A stretch of 63,971 nt of DNA, the filler included, from Reticulomyxa filosa (Eukaryota > Protista > Foraminifera), in NCBI GenBank assembly GCA_000512085.1. It is 20 parts of 20 records of this genome, joined end to end, with 100 filler letters (N's around TTAATTAATTAA, not from the genome) between each part and the next. Parts side by side here need not be neighbours in the genome. Positions count along the whole stretch, not along the records: positions 12,211 to 13,962 come from ASPP01000423.1; positions 14,063 to 15,395 come from ASPP01042985.1; positions 15,496 to 22,159 come from ASPP01014287.1; positions 22,260 to 24,249 come from ASPP01033641.1; positions 24,350 to 30,857 come from ASPP01005829.1; 15 more parts are not named here. One strand, given 5' to 3'. The position numbers and the translations under genes are program-made. Positions 12,398-24,520 of the stretch are shown in pieces (the stretch's first letter is position 1; each line of letters opens with the position of its first letter). The notes below the pieces were generated by a model. It worked only from the letters and a program-made list of their open reading frames with translations. It was not told where the DNA came from and did not search any database.

Positions 12398-12735
12398 GAT
12401 GCTCATTCTGATCGTCTTCCAATTACATTCCGTATCAAGGGGCATTGTCATCGCCAGAAATTAAGTTGAAGTCTCAGATTCAATTTGCTAAATAAAGGTA
12501 TAGTCAGCACCATCATTCTTTAGTTACAGTGTTGTATATATTTCATTTGCACAAGTGTCAAGATACTTCGGCAAGACGGCTTTGAAAATCGAACCAAGTA
12601 TTCCAACGTCGTTTTGTCCAAGAAAATTCCGCAAGACTTTTCCGGTCAAGAAAGAAATGTTTAATTAGTAAAATTTTTTTATAGTGATATAAAGGTTTTA
12701 TAGTATTTGGATTTTGTAATATTGCGAGTGTAGTT
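12398..12735 (+). mobile_element. Degenerate dispersed repeat, probable internally deleted non-LTR (LINE-like) retroelement
   Basis: DAHSDRLPITFRI resembles the APE endonuclease SDHxP motif. 12581-12725 is similar to the reverse complement of 49782-49930 and contains an ORF end (...KKIPQDFSGQERNV*) plus a T-rich tail. Confidence 0.5.
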
Positions 12736-13404
12736 TGCCTTCTTCCCTTTTGTTACTGTTTTTTGCAATTGCAATTCATTTTCTGTGTGTCGTCAGTTCA
12801 GAAACTGCTTGTTGTATGACTGTTAGATATTGAATAGCTTTTTAAAACTTCCCGCGTATCTTGCACTAAGTTTTAAGAGTACATAGGTGCAAACTCCTGT
12901 TAACTGTGATGTTAACCCTTTACTGGAAACGACCTGCTTGCGGTAGAAGGTCGAACTTTGCTTGCCTTAAGATGTTCGATGTCTTTAAGAAATTGTCATC
13001 GGCTAGTGTGTTTCGGTTTTGCCCGATGTTTAATAAAAGTTAACCGACTTTCGTAATTCTGCCAAACAGAAAAAATCGAATATTTGCCTCGATATTGCTA
13101 ATTCTTGTGAAGGCAATCCTACTACTGATGTAAGGTGCTTTTACCCTAATCTGCTATACTGCAAACCATGCTTGTACAAAATACCTCATTTGTAATTGGA
13201 TCAAAAATCTAATTTAATGGTAGCATGCAGACATGTTAACTTCGAACATCTCTGCCACTAGTGAAATAAATGCTACAAATAACGCAAGACAAACAGCAAT
13301 AAAAAGAAAGCAGCCAAATATTGTATTAGCTGATGACATCTTGAAGAAAATAAATCAATCTTCAACATTTTAAGTTGTATTGCATAGCTCAAGCATGAAC
13401 AAAA

Positions 13405-13560
13405 CGGCACGAAAGGGAGTGGCAGAAATGCCAAAATACTTTACCTCCTCGCGGCTAGGCATCTCATTAACATGCACTGATACCGAACGCGCCCGCGCCA
13501 AAAGTACGCGATGAGCAAGGCCTGAAAGGAACGAAAAGGCCCCAAAGGCCCGGAAACCAA
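13405..13560 (+). other. GC-rich, potentially structured segment with an HDV-ribozyme-like core
   Basis: GGCA-GAAA-TGCC hairpin (13421-13432), ACCTCCTCGCGG (13443-13454) and a further GGCC-paired hairpin, all in an AT-rich non-coding contig. Confidence 0.3.
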
Positions 13561-15495
13561 CAATAAAGAATGCGTCAACAAATTTTATGTTTGTTTTATT
13601 TTATTTCGATTGCAATAGTCTAATTTTTTTAGTTGTAGTGACTGATATTGTTGATTTTTATACATTTTAATTTGATTGATATTTACCTTCGAAGCATATA
13701 ACACCATAATTTGCTGAAGTCTTGTAGAATCTGAGCGTAGTCCCAAAGGGACCCTTGGATTCCCTCTGAGCTGCGCAGAGGTTAGCAATGCGAATGTGTG
13801 ATAATTACAAATGTTTTGTTGGTTAAATTGACATTGTTTTAAATTGTATAAAATGTTGCAATGTTTATTTTCACCAAAATAAATTTTAAAGTAAAATTAT
13901 TGCTTCAATGTTTAAGTGTGAATGTTATTTGTTAGTTACTTTTTGTAACGTATTGTATCATTNNNNNNNNNNNNNNNNNNNNNNNNNNNNNNNNNNNNNN
14001 NNNNNNTTAATTAATTAANNNNNNNNNNNNNNNNNNNNNNNNNNNNNNNNNNNNNNNNNNNNAAGATTGCAGAAAATTTGTCAACATCAAATTGGCCAGA
14101 ACTGCACTGTTGTTTTGTTGTGACATATCAATACTGTAATTTTATCGTAAGAAAATTATAATTTTTGTTTTCTTTAAAAAAGTTAAACTACTTCATAGTT
14201 CATCAACATGAGCAATCAAGAATTTCAGATTCACATTTCACACTCAAATAAAATCTGTCGAAAACAGCTTATCAGCAATTGAGCACATGAAATGTAAATA
14301 TTTGCATGATTGACATTATTTAATGATTATTTGAAATTTTTTGGTGTTGTCAACTAGTAAACAAAAAAAGGATACATTTTCTATGTTATTGGCCAAGCAA
14401 GTACATTTTCAGGTCACATACATCAGAATCCAAATTACTGAAAATCATCCAAAAAAAATGAACAATAATCTGCATTTTAGATTTAATTCTTCTACAATTA
14501 TCTATACTCTTCTCGATATTGCAGATATTCAAGCGGTATACATAGAGCACGTTCTTTGAAACACGAAGTAGTTTGCCCGTTCACTAGCTTGTGTATTCCC
14601 TTTTTTGTTTTTTACCTTTTTCGTGTCATGACAACAAAAAAAAATAAAAGAAACATCTTTTGTCGTGAAAACGCAACCAATTTGATTTTAAAAAAAAATA
14701 GAATAAATTAAAAAAATGAAAACAACAAAAAAATACACTATGGTAGGTCTCAAAAGTTATCCCTTTTCCCTCTTTTTCCCTCAAAAATGAGTAAAGAAAA
14801 TCGAATTATTATATCTCATTGAAAAATGTTTGATACAACAAAAACGTTTTCATCGAGGATCAAAAAAAGCTTGAGAAAATGTGTTGCGATTATTGCAAAA
14901 GTTCACAAAAGATTCTTCATTTGTCGTCATCTGTGATCTTTAGACAAATGTATCAAATTTATTTTTCATTCATTACCAAATTGTGTTTTGCATATTGTAT
15001 TCAATAGTTACTTCATCGAGTTCAAAAAGATTATACTTTGTAAATTTCATGAGATGTTTTGTTATTGTAAACCACATATGATGGAACTGATTCAAAAATC
15101 TCTGTTGTTCGATTCAAGAGCTGCCAGAGTCCTTTTTTTCATTAGACATTTTTTTGTAAATTGTCAAATAAAAAGACAGTTTTGTCGTGAAGAATATGAT
15201 TGCCAAAAGCAAACAACATGATATGCGAAAAAATGTTTTTCTTTTCTACAAAAAAAAATCATCGAAAACGTTTTTTGTAAAAGAAAAACTTAAAAAAATT
15301 TTTTATATTCAAAAACTTTTTATTTCAAAATGTTTAATGTTTCCTAAAGTACTATCCCCTTCACTACCTTCTACGCTCTTGTTCAACAGTTACGANNNNN
15401 NNNNNNNNNNNNNNNNNNNNNNNNNNNNNNNNNNNNNNNTTAATTAATTAANNNNNNNNNNNNNNNNNNNNNNNNNNNNNNNNNNNNNNNNNNNN

Positions 15496-16461
15496 TATAT
15501 ATATATATATATACATATATGTATACGTATATGTATTAAACCTTTGCATAAATGTCGGAACAGAGTCATTCCAATTGGCCTTAAATTGATCCAACAGACT
15601 TGGGAAATGAAAAAATGGTGCGATGATATCATGCGTGTCAAATATCTGTGGCGTCCAATGCTTGTGCCAAACCCATGGCGATATCGAGGGATGCATTAAT
15701 GCGATAGCGCGATAATAGTACTTTGTTCGCAAGTCGCCTTTGGCACGCAAGTCGTGCAAGTGCGTATACGTCCACTCGTGTGACAGCAGCAAATAGAAAT
15801 GACACAAATGAGTGTCGCACAACTGTGGGATGAATGGATGCTGCGTCTCAATGTAACTAGTTACGTTTTGCAAATAATGTAGCAATTGTATTCTTTGCGA
15901 CGGCCGCTTTGCTGCGACGCCCATTGACCCCCATAAACGATACCACAACAGACTCAATGCGTTGGGAATCACAAACACAAACAATGCTTTGCTCTCGTCT
16001 TTGTGCGCCTTTGGTGGCAGCTGCACGTGATTGGGATGCAACGCTAACAAGTCCGCCGTGTATAAGTCCTGCCGGTAAAAATTCGCGCCTTGCAGATGTG
16101 AGTGAGGCATGTCCTCACTCATTTGCAATTGCTCCTTTGTCCTTTCGCTTGCTTCTTCATGCTGCTTCGCTTGGGCTATCTCGCTCACGTACATGTCTTC
16201 CAACAAATGTCTAGGCAAGGCTACCACGTGAAATGCCATCTCTTCATAGTGCTGCAAATAGCCCACTTCCTTTTGCAGTGGAAGATCGCCAGTCGGCGGT
16301 AACACCGTGTACTGGTTTCTTGTCATTGCAAATATCAAACACATGTTCCATAATAAGAAAAAGGTACACACAAACAGCAATGTCATAAGCGAAAAGGGCA
16401 TTTGCTTAGGAGAGACACTAGTGCCGCTATCAGGAGTATTTCGTGGCAATTCATCCCGCAT
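15496..16461 (-). CDS. Type II membrane protein, probable exostosin/GT47-like glycosyltransferase (5' part)
   Basis: Short cytosolic tail, one TM segment (LMTLLFVCTFFLLWNMCLIFAM) and a stem, then ALFVFVIP...QHPF...CHFYLLLSHEW...DIIAPF, spaced like GT47 motifs. Truncated by the contig edge. Confidence 0.5.
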
Positions 16462-16800
16462 AGGAGACGCAAAATGTGGAATATTTTTTATTTTTTTTTT
16501 TAGATTTGTCGTCTTTGTGAAAAAAAATAAAATTTGCAGAGAAATTCTCAGAAATCAACAGTTCAAGAATAAGCATTCTCATTTTTGATATAGATTATAA
16601 CATTTCAATGTCATGTTTTATTTTTTTGAAAGCATTGCTCAGCCCCTCCCAAAAAAAAAAAAAAAAAAGAGCTGATATAATGAATTGCCTCCCTCTCCTC
16701 CCAAGCTATGGAATATTTTGGCGGATGAAATCTCATAAGAATAGATTAAATAAAACTTGTTTGAGAAAATAATGTGAAAAAAAAAAAAAAACTGAAAAGA

Positions 16801-17202
16801 TTATTTTTTTTGCTCGAAAACAGTTTGGTTGTCAAAGAAAGATTGTGTAGGGAAAAAATCTTTGACCAGCAAAGGATCATCCCATTTCCATACGATGTCC
16901 TCACTTACAGCGACAACGCTGATTTTGTCATTGGGAAAGCGATGTTCTAGAATAGCCGCATAGGGTATGGGCTTGCGACACCTGTGTTGTTCTAGCTTGT
17001 AAAGTTCGGCGTGTTTAATCAAGTCGTACACATGGATAACGCCATTTGAGCCACCATATACCAACCAGTTGCGGTCATTGCTAAAGCCACATCTGGCAAT
17101 GTCACAGTCGGTTTCGATGAGAGTGATAGTCTGAGAAAATTAGAAAAGCAAATGAATGGATATATTATTTATTTCGAATGGACCAAAAAAAAAAACAAAA
17201 TC

Positions 17203-17250
<48 letters not shown>

Positions 17251-18572
17251 GTTTCAGTATATAGATTTGACAAAACTCGATGAGAGTCGAAATCCACCAC
17301 TTCGAAATAATGATTAATTTTGACAACAACCCTATTTTGAGTGACGTATTGACATTGCGTAATGTTCATCATATGACCCGCGATTTCGAGTTTTTTATTT
17401 GCGCTCACATCCAATGTCATTTGGGTCTGAGTTGTTGTTGTTGTTGTCGTCGTCGTGCTGGTTTTTTTCTTTGATTTTGGCCGCATTGAACAGACATGAG
17501 AGCGCGTTGGATCGCCTATCTTCAAAGTGCAAATGTCCCCATTTTCGTCTACTTTGACGTGGATTTGGTGCTCTGTGACTTGGACTTCGTTTTTGTTTTG
17601 CTGTCTTTATTCGACTGCACCAAAGCAATCATCTCTCCGTCTATGTTGAACCCCTTTTTTTTTTGTGTCCATCACATTTCACATCAAGTTCTGTCACAAA
17701 CATACATATATACATATATACACACAATAGAAATTCAAATGAATTAACTGCTGTGCATATGGCTGTCTCACTTTTCCAAAGCAGGGTTTTTTTACTCATA
17801 TCATACACACGAGCGCAATGTCGCACATCCAACACGAACACTACTTTGGATGGATACTTTGGACACGTTTGCAAGTCCACAATTCCTGTGCCCACTTTTT
17901 GTATAAAGTCACACACACACACACACACACACATACACATAATATTGCAAAAAAAAAAAAAAAAAAAAAAATTGTACGTATAATACAAACAAACAAACAA
18001 ACAAACACACAAACAAACACACAAACAGATGACCGAGAACCTTGGATCGAACGAGTGCATTTCGACCATGCAATGCTTATGATATACATAAATCCATCGC
18101 TGCCCGCAGCGCAAACGTGTAAATCGTAGGGCGCACGCAACCAACACAACGCTTTAAACTCCTATTCGAAATGTATATATGCATATGTATCTGTATCTTG
18201 TCCCTTCTTTTTGTATACTATCGACACAATTTGCTTCAATCAAATGCATTTCATTTCGAAAAAAAAAACAACTCACAATCTAACCTGACTGCGGTTCGAA
18301 CATTCAAAGTAGTGAGTAATGTCCACAAAGTTTCCTTGATGGCTAGTGTCGTAAATACACACTTGATTGGAAGCAGTTGTGGCAATCAAGTTGTTGTTAT
18401 CAGGAAAAGGGCATGCCTTCAGGCATTGGATTATTTTGCCATGATTTTCCTTCACCAAACGTGTCAAGATAAACTTGTCACAACCCTTTTTCTTCCCAGT
18501 TTCGGCATGATTGCTATTAGCATTAGCATTAGCATTGCCGACATCATTTAGTACAGGTCGCTCCATACTCAT
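16801..18572 (-). CDS. EED/ESC/FIE- or LRWD1-like WD40 protein, multi-exon
   Basis: VKENHGKII...LIATTASNQVCIYD; CWL...VCAAGSDGFMYII; GIVDLQTCPKYP; DCDIARCGFS...YGGSNGVIHVYDL; VVAVSEDIVWKWD. These follow the blade order of EED/LRWD1. Confidence 0.6.
17203..17250. repeat. (TAT)n microsatellite, intronic
   Basis: About 16 perfect units. Confidence 0.9.
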
Positions 18573-18931
18573 TTTTCCCCAATAAATATCCAAAAGGTAT
18601 GATCAAGTTTTTTTTCTACACTTCAACTTTCCAATGCCCCCCTCCTCCCTCCCAAACGAACTACTACAAAGAAGAAATTTTAAACATTGATAATATCAGG
18701 AATTTAACTCGAATTTATTTATTGTAATTGTTTTTTTCACAGAAAAAAACTGAAATAAGCGCAGACAAGGAAAAGCAATTTGACTGATTTGTGAAGTGTT
18801 GTATAAAAAAAAGTGAATGGAACATTGAAAAGACATATCCTGCTGTTCCTTTTTTTTTTTTTTGCAATTAATCACACGCTGGTTCCCCCTTCCCCCCTCC
18901 CCCCCTCCTCCTTTGATGCAAGCAAACACGC

Positions 18932-19651
18932 TCAAGTGACACGTTTGAGGATATTTTTGCTCGATTCCTCAATTTTCTTAACTTTACTCATCACGTTTAG
19001 GTTGTCATCGTCTTCGGCAATTGCCGCTTTGGCGTTGGACATGTTTTCAAAAAAGCCCACACTATGGTCATATTCCAATTGGTGTCTATCATTTTGTGCA
19101 TTAAGATCAAAAAGTTTGGGGTCTGACTTGATTGTCCATTTATCTTGGGCATCAAGTTGACACATGGAGGCATAGAGCGGGGCTGGAATCAAGTCGAATG
19201 CCATTTGTGACATCATATCTTTCCCAAAAGTTTTTCGAACGTGCTCATTTTGAGACACAGCAATTGCTTCATCATTATTAACATTGTGCAAAATGAAAGA
19301 TTGGATTTTTCGAATGTCGCCAGGTCTCAAATTTGGCTCGGTGATTGCACGCTCGTAGACTTCTATTCGAATTAAATACCCTTTTCCAATCCATCTCTTT
19401 ATGTTTTTTACATGTCGCGTCAAATCATCTCGACAAATACGAGAACTCATTTGGACAATTTTAAATCGCTATTTCAGTTTTTCAACATGATTGAAGCTGA
19501 GAAACGTTTTCCATTTTTTTTTTAAAGTTAAGACAGTTTTGAAAATTCCCACTTTTTCTAAGGCTTCATCCATAACATTTAAGCTACTACAAGCTCTTTT
19601 CAACATGTGGCTGAGCTTTTGTTGGTTGCTCCGGGCAATACAAAACGTCAT
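18932..19651 (-). CDS. Protein with a translation initiation factor IF3 C-terminal-like domain (possible mitochondrial IF3)
   Basis: KIVQMSSRICRDDLTRHVKNIKRWIGKGYLIRIEV resembles the IF3-C pattern. Two exons are likely; the start codon is uncertain. Confidence 0.45.
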
Positions 19652-20649
19652 GTGATGAAATTTTTATGCTTTTCAGGACGAATGTAGACGTTCATTAAAA
19701 CTTCGTTTAAAGGAAACAGCTACTTCATTCTAACAGTTTACTTTATATGTAGAAAATTCTACTTTTGAAATAAATGTGACGTGAGCAATTGGTCAATAAA
19801 TTCGAAAGAAAATATCTTGTGTCCATGTTTCGTGAAGTGCGTAGTTTAATCAAACTAAACACTTCGTTAGACAACTTAGTGAAAATACTATTTGAAATTT
19901 TGTATGTTTTTATATAAACAAAAATTTGAGTTTATATGATAATTCTATCACCACTTAAAAACACCGTGTCAAGGGTCATTCACAGACTTTTTTCTCTTGT
20001 TATTTTTTTTGGAAATATTTTCAAAAAGAGCTATGGAACTCTTTCCTTTTTTGTTTGTTTTAGTTGACATAACATTTTTATTCTTTTACTTCTTTGACAA
20101 ATGAATGTATTGCATTGTTGAAAATTGAGACTTTATGGTTAAATATATTTTTGTTTTGTTTTAATAAGTGTTACCTATTGAAAGGGTGCCCAAATTATTT
20201 TAAAAGTTGGCTTTCATTTTTAAAATCATTCATCTGATCCAATAATATCGTCCTTCGTATCAACTAATTGCAATTTTAAGTTTTCAGTGTTTATTTTTCG
20301 AAAATTAGTTTCAGACAATATAACTTTGAGAAAGAAGTTCTTCAAATGTCAATTCTTTCATTTTTATTACTTTTCTTTCGTGAATTATTACATATGCAAT
20401 TATCTAATGTAATAAATTTTCTACGTTATTCATAAAACAAATTAGTGTCACCAAAAAAATTCCACTCCAATTTTATCTTTTTCTAAGAAAAAAACTAGAA
20501 AAAAAAAACAGATTGAACTTTACTCTTTTGAGTGTGGATAATTTTAGTTCAGTCAAAACTTAATCTTGTTTGAAAAACTGACTTAAAACAAAAAGTTTTG
20601 CCTCTACTTGAACAAAAAGAAAAGGGAAAGAAAAAAATAAAGTTTAATC

Positions 20650-22159
20650 ATGTTGATGCTGCAAGCGGAAGAAGACGAAGCATTAAAAGTAAAAAGCTTA
20701 AAAACTCTGTCATTTGAAGGCTGTTATGACAAGGACTGGGTGGCAGCCTTGAATAAACAAAGCAAATTAAAAAGTCTACAGTGTTTACTGTGTAACAAAA
20801 TCGCAAATAATGGAATGGAATTAACTTGCAATGAGCACGAAGGCTGTAAAGATCCTCTCCTAGTTGGTGAGCAATGTTTGATGAAATATTTACATGAGAA
20901 CAATAATACGTGTCCTATTAAGAAACACGGTCCTTGTAGCTACATGAAAGGACGAGCGTTGCGAAATATTATTAATGAATTAAAGGTGATGTGTCCTCGA
21001 CAATTTATAAATTACTGCAATCAAAAGGCAAATGATAGAACAAAAGAGGGTGATACAAATACAGAAACAGAGCATGTATGTAAATTTAAAGGAAAGATTG
21101 AAGAAATGAAAGAACATTTAGAAAAGACATGTCCTTTGAAGACTTTGAAATGTAAATTCAAGGAATTTGGATGTGATGATATCTTATTTGATTTTAATTT
21201 TGAACAACATTTGCAATTGCAAATGAAGAAGCATTTGGATTTGTTGTTAGACTACATTTCCGTTCTTCGAAATAAAATAAAACGGAGCCAATTCAATGAA
21301 GTTAATCAATTGCTGTAACGCTTTTCATTTAAACAAAAATAATATATATATTGGTTGTAATGTTGTACAAAACGAAAAATTCAGACAGAAATGAAATTAA
21401 AATTTGAAGAACAAGGATATAAAATCCAATTGTTAATGTCGCACATTGAAGCATATAAGGTTGTATTTTATTTTATTTCATTTAATTACTTTATCATAAT
21501 ATTTACATATAATTTATACAAACATAAAAGAATGAATCAAATCAGTTGAAATTGAAAATTGATGAGTATGAGCAATCCATTAAATTATTAAAAGACAAAA
21601 ATTTACAATTAACACAAGACTTTCAAACACTATCGGAAAAGCCAAGTAATCAAGACAAAGGAGAAAAAGAAGAACAAAAACAATCAAAAAATAGAGATGA
21701 TTCTTCATCTCTTATGTCATCAGGAACAGTTCATACACTTAATCTTGATAGCTTTCGTTCATCATCCAAATTACTCAAGACTTTCATTGGACACAATAAT
21801 GTTGTGTGGAGTATTGATTATTCAACATTTGGTGATGAACAATTCATTTGTTCTGGATCAAAGGATAAAACAGTTTGTGTATGGGATGTAGAGACAAATA
21901 AACTAATTCAATTACCCAATGGACATTCAGAATATGTACATTGCGCAAAATTTTCACAATATCATTATCATAAGGATAATCAAAATGTCATTTGTTCTTC
22001 ATCAAATGACAAAATCATTCGTTTTTGGGATTTCAAACATAATAAACAATTACAAATATTCAATGAACACACAGGTTGGGTTGGTGGCATTGAATTCTCA
22101 CTCTTTAGTGGTGGCAGATATTTGTGTTCTGGGTCACATGACAAAACAATTCGTTTATG
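20650..22159 (+). CDS. RING-like/TRAF-type zinc finger + coiled coil + WD40 protein, spliced, 3'-truncated
   Basis: CLLC...CNEH...GEQC...CPIKKH; LKVMCP...CKFKGKIEEMKEHLEKTCP...CKFKEFGC...FEQHL...KKHL; coiled-coil exons; SSSKLLKTFIGH-type WD40 repeats. Confidence 0.85.
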
Positions 22160-22641
22160 NNNNNNNNNNNNNNNNNNNNNNNNNNNNNNNNNNNNNNNNN
22201 NNNTTAATTAATTAANNNNNNNNNNNNNNNNNNNNNNNNNNNNNNNNNNNNNNNNNNNNTTTTTTTTTTTTTATTTGTGGATTACATTGTATGTTCATTA
22301 TGCCTTTAAAAAAAGTAATCTAATCAACATTAGCATTGCTGTTATTTCATATTTATTCAGATCAATAGTATTTTATCGAATGTTCACAGTTCTATTTTTG
22401 AATTTGGGCGTGAAGCCGTAATTGATTTTTTAAAATTTACACATTTTTTGTAATGGTTTTATGTATTGGTTACCTTCTTTTTTTTAAATTGTCCATCATA
22501 ATATTTTCCATAATTTATAATTTACCTTTGGGCTTGACAAGGGTAAACCTAACAGTAAAAAAGAAATTAAGGAGTTCAAAAGTTCATAAGTTTATTCTTA
22601 AATAACTCAAGATTGAATATCTTTCAATTTACAAAGACATA

Positions 22642-23812
22642 ATGGATACTGCTAGCAACGAAAAGAAAAGGAGCGCCTACAATTGGTAAGTCTTCTCTTT
22701 TTTGTTTCTTTCTGTGCTTGAACCAAGCAAAAAAACAAAGTCAGATAAGAAGTACAATTATTCAGTATTGGCTTCGTATTTTGAATATCAAATTAGGATG
22801 GATCCATGATTTTGACAAAATTGTGATTGAATATGTTACGTTGTTTTATATTGAATTTTATTATTATTGTTATTATTATTATTATTATTATTTTTTACCA
22901 CTTATAAAAAAACTGTATCCAAAAATGCAGGCAAGATATTTTGAATTGTTACAAATTCTGCAAGGACATGAAAGATCAATCAGAAGGGTGAAATTTTCAC
23001 TTGATGGTCGCAAGATTGTTTCATGTTCAGGAGATAAAACAGTAGGAATATGGGATGTTGCCTCCAGAAAACAGCTTAGAATTTGTAAAGGACACTCAAA
23101 ATATGTTCGTAGTGCAGCATTTTCACCAGATGGAAAGATTGTTGCGTCATGCTCATGGGATAAGACAATACGATTATGGGATGTAGAATCAGGGGATGAA
23201 TTGATGAAATTTGACGAATGTGCAAATTTGATATTGGATGTAAACTTTTCTCCAAATGGCGAAAATCTTGTATCAGGTTCATCTGGTAACATGATACACT
23301 TATGGGATGTGCATTCTGGGAAAATTGTGCAGACATTAGCAGGACATTCACACGAGGTTTGGAGTGTGCAATATGCATCAAATGGTGAAATGATTGTATC
23401 ATCATCTTATGACAAAACAATATGTATATGGCACGCAAAATCAGGCAAAAAATTAAAAGAATTGAAAGGACATTCCAGTACGGTAATAAATGCAACATTT
23501 TCTCCAGATAATCAACATATTGTGTCTTGCTCGGCTGATGGGACAATACGGATATGGGACTTGGCGTCGGAAAAAATATTCAAAATATTAAATGTATCTT
23601 CGAGTAGTGTAATCGATGCAAAATATTTTCCAGACGGGAAGACGGTTGTATCTTGTTCAGATAATATAATTCAATTGTGGAATGTGCAATCAGGAAATGA
23701 AATACAACAATTAGAAGGACATACTTCCAATGCCAACAGCGTAGATGTTTCACCTGATGGAAGTACAATTGTTGTCTGTTTTGCTGACAGTACTTTAGGT
23801 ATTTGGGGATAA
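22642..23812 (+). CDS. WD40 repeat protein (7 blades) preceded by the cassette exon
   Basis: ATG 22642, donor TTG|GTAAG, exon IIQYWLRILNIKLGWIHDFDKIVIEY ending at 22834, acceptor ATGCAG at 22930, then intact GH...FSPDG...WD repeats to the stop. Confidence 0.88.
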
Positions 23813-24349
23813 CAAAATTTGAACATTCAAAAGTATTTTGCACATGTCATTCGTGTATTATTTTTGCGATTTCAACAAAAAAAATAAAAAATAAAAAATT
23901 GTGACAAAAATATCTTTTTTTTTTTTTTGAGCAATATATTAAAGTGAACAGTTGCATAAAAACGCAAAAAGAAATTATCTTCAGCAACAATCAAGCTTTA
24001 CAAAACCTTGTGGAACGCAAATCAATTGCAAAACAAATAACAAGCTAATAGATATCATCACTTCTGCATTAATGTCTTCACTGTAATTTTTTATTAATTA
24101 GTAATAAAAGTATTGTAAAATTGTGTAGTTTTGTATTGTATGAAATAACTTTCTTTTTAATTTTTTTTTTTTAAATGGACTTGGCTTTACAAGAAATTTT
24201 TGAATTTAATTTCGTAGAAATTTATTTGATAATCGATAAATTGATTTTTNNNNNNNNNNNNNNNNNNNNNNNNNNNNNNNNNNNNNNNNNNNNTTAATTA
24301 ATTAANNNNNNNNNNNNNNNNNNNNNNNNNNNNNNNNNNNNNNNNNNNN

Positions 24350-24518
24350 AAAAAAAAAGCTATTAAAAAATCAATATCATATTTAAAAACTACAATACTT
24401 GTAGATATTTTTTTTAAAATAAAAAAAAATTAGGTCTAAATGTTGATTTTTCATTGATAAAATCAATTATCATCATAAGATATTGTTTTAGGCGTTCAGT
24501 TTTCTTTGCAACCTACTG
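24350..24518. mobile_element. Terminus of a Tc1/mariner-like DNA transposon or MITE (copy 1)
   Basis: About 135 bp nearly identical to the reverse complement of 47866-47998. It ends ...ACTG|TA, i.e. TA|CAGT on the other strand. Confidence 0.6.
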
Positions 24519-24520
24519 TA

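Noticed and set aside
14063-15395. Short ORFs in contig 5
   Set aside because: AT-rich, homopolymer-driven ORFs with no coding signal. No tRNA or rRNA was recognised here or elsewhere in the window.
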